A DNA stretch of 35,749 nt from Terricaulis sp. (GTDB lineage Bacteria; Pseudomonadota; Alphaproteobacteria; Caulobacterales; Aquidulcibacteraceae): NCBI GenBank assembly GCA_035444925.1, contig DAOMPU010000001.1, positions 1 through 35,749 on the forward strand, read 5' to 3'. The translations under genes were made by a program, and so were the position numbers. Positions 30,243-35,749 of this stretch are shown piece by piece (within the stretch, counting starts at the first letter, position 1; the number at the start of each line of letters is the position of its first letter). The notes below the pieces were generated by a model. It saw only the letters and a program-made list of their open reading frames with translations. It did no database searches and had not been told where the DNA came from.

Positions 30243-30959
30243 ATGGTTTGGTGGTGGTGGATCATTCCGGGCTTCGTCGCCGTGATTGGTTTGGCCTTCG
30301 CGCTGAGCGGGCTCGGCTGGATGTTCCGCGGCCGGCCGTTTAAAGGCGGGCGCGGCGTCCTGGGCGGCGCGGCGTTTCTTGGGATCGGCGCGCTGGTGGG
30401 CCTCATGGGCCTCAACGTCCAAACCTACCACCGCCTCGGCGAAGCGCAGCGCCAGGTCGCGACCATCCAATTCCAGGAAACTAGCCCGCGCACCTATAAC
30501 GTGACGCTGACCGAGTACAACGACGACGGCTCCACCGGCGCGACGCGCAATTTCACCGCCGTGGGCGATGATTGGATGCTGCGGGCGCGTGTCTTGCGCT
30601 GGAAGCCGTGGGCCACCGTGCTGGGCCTGGATGCGCAATACCGCCTGGACCGCTTCGACAGCTCCTACCGCGACATCGCCGAGGCGCGCAGCACCCCGCC
30701 ATCCGTCGAAGATTTGCGGCCCGAGCGGCGCACGGGCCTGGATTTCCTGCCCGTGGCGCAAACCGTCGGCAAATGGGTGCCGCTGATCGACACGCCCGAG
30801 CATGGCCAGGCCGTCTATTGGCCGATGGCCGATGGCGCGATCTACCGGGTCAGCATCACCGCTCAGGGCCAGCTGCTGCCCGATGAGGCCAACGAGGCCG
30901 CCAACGAGGCGGTGGCCACCTGGGGCACGAGCCGCCAACCCGCGCCCGAGATGCAATAA
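30243..30959 (+). CDS. Hypothetical membrane protein (two N-terminal TM helices plus soluble domain)
   Basis: Strong GC3 codon bias, purine-rich RBS upstream, two hydrophobic helices, GDDW.L.ARVLRWK...LGLD..YRLDR segment. Confidence 0.85.
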   Translation: MVWWWWIIPGFVAVIGLAFALSGLGWMFRGRPFKGGRGVLGGAAFLGIGALVGLMGLNVQTYHRLGEAQRQVATIQFQETSPRTYNVTLTEYNDDGSTGATRNFTAVGDDWMLRARVLRWKPWATVLGLDAQYRLDRFDSSYRDIAEARSTPPSVEDLRPERRTGLDFLPVAQTVGKWVPLIDTPEHGQAVYWPMADGAIYRVSITAQGQLLPDEANEAANEAVATWGTSRQPAPEMQ

Positions 30960-30977
30960 GGGCTCAATGCTTAAGGC

Positions 30978-31062
30978 TGGTGCGGACGGCGGGAGTCGAA
31001 CCCGCACGCCGTGAGGCGCTGGAACCTAAATCCAGTGCGTCTGCCAGTTCCGCCACGTCCGC
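30978..31062 (-). tRNA. tRNA-Leu, anticodon TAG, encoded CCA
   Basis: Minus strand GCGGACG TGGCGGAACTGGCAGACGC A CTGGA TTTAGGT TCCAG, long variable arm, GCGGG TTCGACT CCCGC CGTCCGC ACCA; 85 nt. Confidence 0.97.
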
Positions 31063-31071
31063 ACGCGCCCC

Positions 31072-31146
31072 CGTTTAGGGGCCGGGGAGGGGGGCTGTCC
31101 ATGGCCTCCGGCGCGCGTGGACACTGGCGGCGCCCCATGCCATAAG
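31072..31146. promoter_or_regulatory. Back-to-back candidate promoters for tRNA-Leu and tig
   Basis: Minus strand TGGACA-N18-TAAACG just upstream of the tRNA; plus strand TGGACA-N17-CATAAG upstream of tig. Confidence 0.55.
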
Positions 31147-31220
31147 CCCGCCTTTCCTGAACACCCCGCCGCCGGCAAAGGATTTGCAGCGGCCTTAAAA
31201 CTATGTCGAAAGCCCGTCTC

Positions 31221-32615
31221 ATGCAGCTCACCGAGCGCCGCTCCGAAGGTCTCCTGCGCGTTTACGATGTCGTCGTTCCGGCGTCCGAATTGCAGCAAAA
31301 GCTCAACGCCAAGATCGCGGAAGTGCAGCCGCGCGTGAAGATCAAGGGCTTCCGCCCGGGCAAGGTGCCCGCGAGCCACATCCGCAAAGTGTACGGCCCT
31401 TCGATGATGCAGGACATCATCAACGAGACCGTGCAGAACTCGACCAAGGAAGGCCTCGAAAAGGTCAATGCGCGCCCCGCCTCGGAGCCGACGCTCGATC
31501 TAAAGAGCGACATCAACCAGGTGGTCGCCGGGCAATCCGATCTCGCGTTCGAGCTCTCGCTTGAAATCATGCCGGACTTTGAGCCGGCGGACCTCAAAGG
31601 CATCGCCGTCACGCGGCCGGTTGCGGCGGTGACGGACGAGCAGGTGGATGAAGAACTCAATCTGATCGCCCAGCAGCAGCGCGGGTATGAGGACAAGGAC
31701 GGCGTGGCCGCGGACGGCGACGCCGTGATCGTCGATTTCGTTGGCCGCATTGACGGCGAAGCATTCGCCGGCGGCGCCGCGGAAGACGCGCAGGTGGTGA
31801 TCGGTTCAGGCCAATTCATTCCCGGCTTTGAAGAGCAGCTGGTCGGCGCCAAGGCCGATGAAAAGCGCACGCTGAAGGTGACGTTCCCCGCCGATTACGG
31901 CGAAGCCTCGCTGGCCGGCAAGGATGCCGAGTTTGAAACCACCGTGAAAAAAGTGCGTGCGCCCAAGCAAGGCGCGCCCGACGATGCGTGGGCGCAAGAG
32001 CTCGGCATGGGCAGCCTCAACGAAGTGAAGGACGCGCTGCGCCAGCGCATCCAAACTCAGCACCTCACCCAATCGCGCGCCAAGGCCAAGCGTTCGCTGT
32101 TCGACAAGCTTGACGCGCTGCACGATTTCGAGTTGCCGCCGCGCATGGTGGACGCCGAATTCAATCAGATCTGGCGCCAGATTGAAGCCGACCAGCAAGC
32201 AGGCCGCCTCGATCCGAGCGACGCCGGCAAGAGCGAAGATGAGCTGAAAGGCGAGTATCGCGCCATCGCCGAGCGCCGCGTGCGCCTCGGCCTGCTGCTC
32301 GCGGAAATCGGCCGCCGCCACAAAATCGAAGTGAACGACCAGGAAGTGGCCCAGGCCATCAGCAACCAGGCGCGCAACTTCCCCGGCCAAGAGCGCCAGA
32401 TTTTCGAGATGTATCAGCGCAATCCGCAGATGGTCGCCGGCATCCGCGCGCCCATCTACGAAGAGAAGGTGGTCGATTACATCCTCGAACTCATTTCGGT
32501 GACGAACGAGGATGTCAGCCGCGACGTGCTGTTCGCTGATGACGAGCCGCCGGCCGCGCCTGCGCCCGAAAAGAAGCCGCGCAAAAAGGCCAAAGCCGAG
32601 AAGGCGGAAGATTAA
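31221..32615 (+). CDS. tig: Trigger factor
   Basis: Ribosome-binding GFRPGKVP, FKBP domain FIPGFEEQLVG...VTFPADY, AERRVRLGLLL. Alternative ATG at 31203. Confidence 0.97.
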   Translation: MQLTERRSEGLLRVYDVVVPASELQQKLNAKIAEVQPRVKIKGFRPGKVPASHIRKVYGPSMMQDIINETVQNSTKEGLEKVNARPASEPTLDLKSDINQVVAGQSDLAFELSLEIMPDFEPADLKGIAVTRPVAAVTDEQVDEELNLIAQQQRGYEDKDGVAADGDAVIVDFVGRIDGEAFAGGAAEDAQVVIGSGQFIPGFEEQLVGAKADEKRTLKVTFPADYGEASLAGKDAEFETTVKKVRAPKQGAPDDAWAQELGMGSLNEVKDALRQRIQTQHLTQSRAKAKRSLFDKLDALHDFELPPRMVDAEFNQIWRQIEADQQAGRLDPSDAGKSEDELKGEYRAIAERRVRLGLLLAEIGRRHKIEVNDQEVAQAISNQARNFPGQERQIFEMYQRNPQMVAGIRAPIYEEKVVDYILELISVTNEDVSRDVLFADDEPPAAPAPEKKPRKKAKAEKAED

Positions 32616-32651
32616 CGCGCGTCCCGTAGGCCTCGCCCGGCAGCGCAAGGG

Positions 32652-32680
32652 CTTGCGGGAGCGCCTGCGGCGTCAAATAT
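32652..32680 (+). promoter_or_regulatory. Candidate RpoH-type promoter for clpP
   Basis: CTTG-N18-CAAATAT, resembling alphaproteobacterial heat-shock promoters. Confidence 0.4.
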
Positions 32681-32745
32681 GGGTCACGCGGCGGGGCCGA
32701 GTCGGCGCCGGTGCGGCGGCTCTCGCCCCCGTCTGAGGAAACAGA

Positions 32746-33372
32746 ATGCACGATCCGATTGAACGCATGCGGGGCATCATCATCCCGACCGTCGTGGAGC
32801 AGACCAGCCGCGGCTACGACAAGCACGACATTTTCTCGCGCCTCTTGAAAGAGCGTATCATTTTCGTCAGCGGCGGCATCGACGATACGGTCGCCGCCGT
32901 GGTCACCGCGCAATTGCTGTTTCTCGAGTCCGAGAACCCCAAGCGCGAGATCGCCATGTATATCAACAGCCCCGGCGGCTACGTGACGGCCGGGCTCGCG
33001 ATCTACGATACGATGCAATACATCCGCAGCCCGGTTTCCACGGTCTGCACCGGCCTTGCCGCTTCGATGGGCTCGCTGCTCTTGGCGGCCGGTGAGAAGG
33101 GGCTGCGCATCTGCCTGCCCAATTCGCGCGTGATGGTGCACCAGCCGTCAGGCGGCTTCCGCGGCCCGGCTTCGGATATCGAGCGCCACGCCGAGGACAT
33201 CCTCTTCACCAAGCGGCGCTTGAATGAAATCTACGTCAAGCACACCGGCCAGCCGCTTGAGCGCGTCGAGCGCACGCTGGATCGCGATCACTTCATGACC
33301 GCCGAAGACGCCAAGGATTTTGGCATCGTTGATCGGGTCTATGAGCGGCGCGAGCTGCCGGAAGGCGCCTAA
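32746..33372 (+). CDS. clpP: ATP-dependent Clp protease proteolytic subunit
   Basis: [25 protein letters not shown] (Ser), MVHQPSGG (His), DRDHFM (Asp). Confidence 0.98.
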   Translation: MHDPIERMRGIIIPTVVEQTSRGYDKHDIFSRLLKERIIFVSGGIDDTVAAVVTAQLLFLESENPKREIAMYINSPGGYVTAGLAIYDTMQYIRSPVSTVCTGLAASMGSLLLAAGEKGLRICLPNSRVMVHQPSGGFRGPASDIERHAEDILFTKRRLNEIYVKHTGQPLERVERTLDRDHFMTAEDAKDFGIVDRVYERRELPEGA

Positions 33373-33478
33373 GACGAAGCGGCTCACACGAGAGTGTGAC
33401 CGCACTTCGTCGCTTCATGAATTTCCTTAAAGTCAGCGCGGCGTAGCTTTCTCCCAAACCAATGGGAGGAAACGGCGC

Positions 33479-34231
33479 ATGTTAAACACCCTTCTTGTTG
33501 CGGCGATGATGACGGTCGGCGCGCCGACCCCAACTGAAACCAATCTTACACTTCCCGCGGCTACGCCCGCTTCGGCGTGGACGCGCGTTTCGCTCACGGA
33601 TGAGCCCGCCCGCTGGCGCACCCAGGTGTGCGCGGGCGTAACTGGCATCTCGGGGGCGAATGCCCAATATGTCGTGGATCGCGTTTCGAGCCGCGCGGAA
33701 GAGCTTGGGCTACGGGTCGGCGCGCCGGGGTGCAGGGCCAACCTTCTGGTGGTGTTCAGCTCCGACCCCAAGGCGCAGGCGCAGGCGATTGCGCGTGAGC
33801 GCACCGATCCCGCATCTTTGACGGGGCTCAGCGGCGCCAGTGACGGTCGGGCGGCCTACAACGATTTCCTGAACGGGGACCAGCCGGTGCGCTGGTGGCG
33901 AGTTGTCCGGCCGGTGACGGACACTGGCCTGGCGGTGGATCGAAACGTCCGCGCGGGCGACGCGCCCCGCATCAACGTGCCTGAGCGCGGACGTTTGGGG
34001 TCTACCACGTTCGACGCCTTCAGCCATGTGATCGTCATTATAGACCTGGAGCAGGTGAACGGCCGGCGGCTCGACGCCCTGGCTGACTACATCGCCATGG
34101 TGTCGCTGAGCCCTCTCAACGAGCGTGCGGACGTTGGCGGATCGTCGATTCTGGGCCTGTTCGCCGAAAGCGCGGCCCCGCAGGCAATCACTGAGGCCGA
34201 TCGCGCTTATCTGGCGCGGGTCTACCGTTAG
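33479..34231 (+). CDS. Hypothetical secreted protein, paralog A
   Basis: GGGAGG RBS, signal-peptide-like N-terminus, clear similarity along its length to 34298..35059. Confidence 0.85.
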   Translation: MLNTLLVAAMMTVGAPTPTETNLTLPAATPASAWTRVSLTDEPARWRTQVCAGVTGISGANAQYVVDRVSSRAEELGLRVGAPGCRANLLVVFSSDPKAQAQAIARERTDPASLTGLSGASDGRAAYNDFLNGDQPVRWWRVVRPVTDTGLAVDRNVRAGDAPRINVPERGRLGSTTFDAFSHVIVIIDLEQVNGRRLDALADYIAMVSLSPLNERADVGGSSILGLFAESAAPQAITEADRAYLARVYR

Positions 34232-34297
34232 ACCTGCACGCGCTTGCCCACAAAGCGGCGCGGCCCTACGATTCGGCCAGTGATTTAGGGGAGAGTT

Positions 34298-35059
34298 ATG
34301 TTTCTTGAACTGATCGCAGCCTTGGCGTTGTCGGCTGCGCCGCAAACCGCGCCGCGCAGCGCGCCTGCTGCGCCTCCAGCGGTATCCAACGCGGGCGAAA
34401 GCGGGTTCATCCAAATCAGCAACCGACGCGCGGAGCGGCCGCGTTGGCGTCGGGGCGTCTGCGTCGGAGCCACGGGCCTGGGTGTCGAACAGGCGCAATT
34501 TCTGGTCGATCGCGTGTCTCAACGCGCGCGCGAAGTAGGGCTGACGCCGGGCAGCCCGGGCTGCGACGCCAATGTGGTGGTAGTGTTCACGGCTGATCCG
34601 AACGGGGTTGCTACGGCCATCACACGCTCGCGCGATTTCGGCGTCGGCGGCCGCGCCCGCACCAACAGCCGCGAGGCGCTGGCCGGCTTCACCCGCAGCA
34701 GCGCGCCGGTGCGCTGGTGGTACGTGTGGCAGTCGGTGGCCGAAACGGGCGAGGTGGCGAACCAGGACCAGCGCGGCGGCCAGGGGCCGCAGGTGGCGGT
34801 CCAGGATCGACGCATCGGCGCCGGCCGGACGCGCGATGACCTCACTCACGTGTTTATCGTGGTCGACGGCCCGCAGATCGCGAACGTGAACATGAACGCC
34901 CTAGGCGATTACATCGCCTATGCTGCGCTCGCTCAGGTTGACCCGGCCGCGCCGCCCGCGGGCGCGGGATCGTCCATACTTGGATTGTTCACAGATTCCC
35001 AGCCCGCCGACGGCCTGACCTCGGCGGATCGGGCGGTCCTTCAGGCCCTCTACAACTAA
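34298..35059 (+). CDS. Hypothetical secreted protein, paralog B
   Basis: GGGGAGAG RBS, signal peptide MFLELIAALALSAA, shares motifs with 33479..34231. Confidence 0.85.
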   Translation: MFLELIAALALSAAPQTAPRSAPAAPPAVSNAGESGFIQISNRRAERPRWRRGVCVGATGLGVEQAQFLVDRVSQRAREVGLTPGSPGCDANVVVVFTADPNGVATAITRSRDFGVGGRARTNSREALAGFTRSSAPVRWWYVWQSVAETGEVANQDQRGGQGPQVAVQDRRIGAGRTRDDLTHVFIVVDGPQIANVNMNALGDYIAYAALAQVDPAAPPAGAGSSILGLFTDSQPADGLTSADRAVLQALYN

Positions 35060-35339
35060 CCCCGGTCAGCGGGCGCGGAGCTTGAATTAGCGGCTTAAGC
35101 GGCCCATTTAGGCCGCTGCCGCGGGTTTTTGCGCGCCTCGGGGGGCTGTTCCGCCGCCTTGGCGGCTTGCGGCCCCATCCTTGCTATGGTCGTATCGCCT
35201 GGCCGGGCGGTCGGGTGGTGAACGTTTTTGAAAGGGATCGCGGTCAACCATCCGTAAGCGCGGGGGTGTGGGGGCCATAGGGCCGCCGCTTTCATCCCTA
35301 TATTATGGTTTGGCGGGATCGCCCCGCAGAGGATTTGGC

Positions 35340-35749
35340 ATGAGCAAAGGCGCCGCCGGCGGAGAGTCCAAGAACACTCTCTATTGCTCGTTCTGCGGCA
35401 AGAGCCAGCACGAGGTCCGCAAGCTTATCGCGGGCCCGACCGTGTTCATCTGCGATGAATGCGTCGAATTGTGCATGGACATCATCCGCGAGGAGCACAA
35501 AACCTCGCTGGTTAAATCCAAAGAGGGCGTGCCGAGCCCGAAAGAGATCAAAGGCGTGCTCGACGATTATGTCGTCGGCCAAGATCACGCCAAGCGCGTG
35601 CTCTCGGTGGCGGTGCATAACCACTACAAGCGCCTGAACCACGCCTCGAAAAATCAGGACGTCGAACTCGCGAAGTCGAACATCCTGCTGATCGGCCCCA
35701 CCGGCTGCGGCAAGACGCTGCTGGCGCAGACGCTGGCGCGCATCATCGA
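35340..35749 (+). CDS. clpX: ATP-dependent Clp protease ATP-binding subunit (partial, runs off the window end)
   Basis: Manual translation [45 protein letters not shown] (C4 zinc finger) ... [23 protein letters not shown] (Walker A). Absent from the ORF track because there is no stop codon. Confidence 0.98.
   Translation, partial: MSKGAAGGESKNTLYCSFCGKSQHEVRKLIAGPTVFICDECVELCMDIIREEHKTSLVKSKEGVPSPKEIKGVLDDYVVGQDHAKRVLSVAVHNHYKRLNHASKNQDVELAKSNILLIGPTGCGKTLLAQTLARII

Noticed and set aside
30960-31062. tRNA-Leu as an integration site for an island
   Set aside because: No integrase and no duplicated tRNA 3' end seen; flanking genes look native.
35060-35339. Small ORF (35095..35295, minus) or defined promoter in the gap before clpX
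   Set aside because: The ORF has no support. CCCTATAT near 35296 resembles an RpoH -10, but I could not find a matching -35, so no feature is called.

Overview
High-GC alphaproteobacterial chromosome, most consistent with Caulobacterales/Hyphomonadaceae judging by gene content and order (inference). The window is almost all core housekeeping. Block 1: lysC (3' end)-ptsP-rodZ-like-ispG-ORF-prfA-prmC-DUF4167. Block 2: alpha/beta hydrolase divergent from an iscR-iscS-sufB-[2 inserted ORFs]-sufC-sufD-sufS-sufT-sufA-tfoX operon. Block 3: enoyl-CoA hydratase, a GGDEF cyclase, an aldehyde dehydrogenase and a DEAD-box helicase. Block 4: parE, an outer-membrane beta-barrel, an SLT-like lipoprotein, glnA-glnB, histidine phosphatase-nnr, tRNA-Leu(TAG), tig-clpP-[2 paralogous secreted ORFs]-clpX (partial). 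I see no integrase, transposase, phage gene, CRISPR array or recognisable defence system, and I cannot claim a complete new system. The best leads are the uncharacterised genes slotted into conserved operons (the secreted paralog pair between clpP and clpX, the lipoprotein plus membrane protein between sufB and sufC, the ORF where hisS is usually found, the ORF coupled to parE), a 124-bp multi-hairpin palindromic element, and a ClpP with an atypical N-terminal loop. All family assignments come from recognising motifs by eye, not from database searches.
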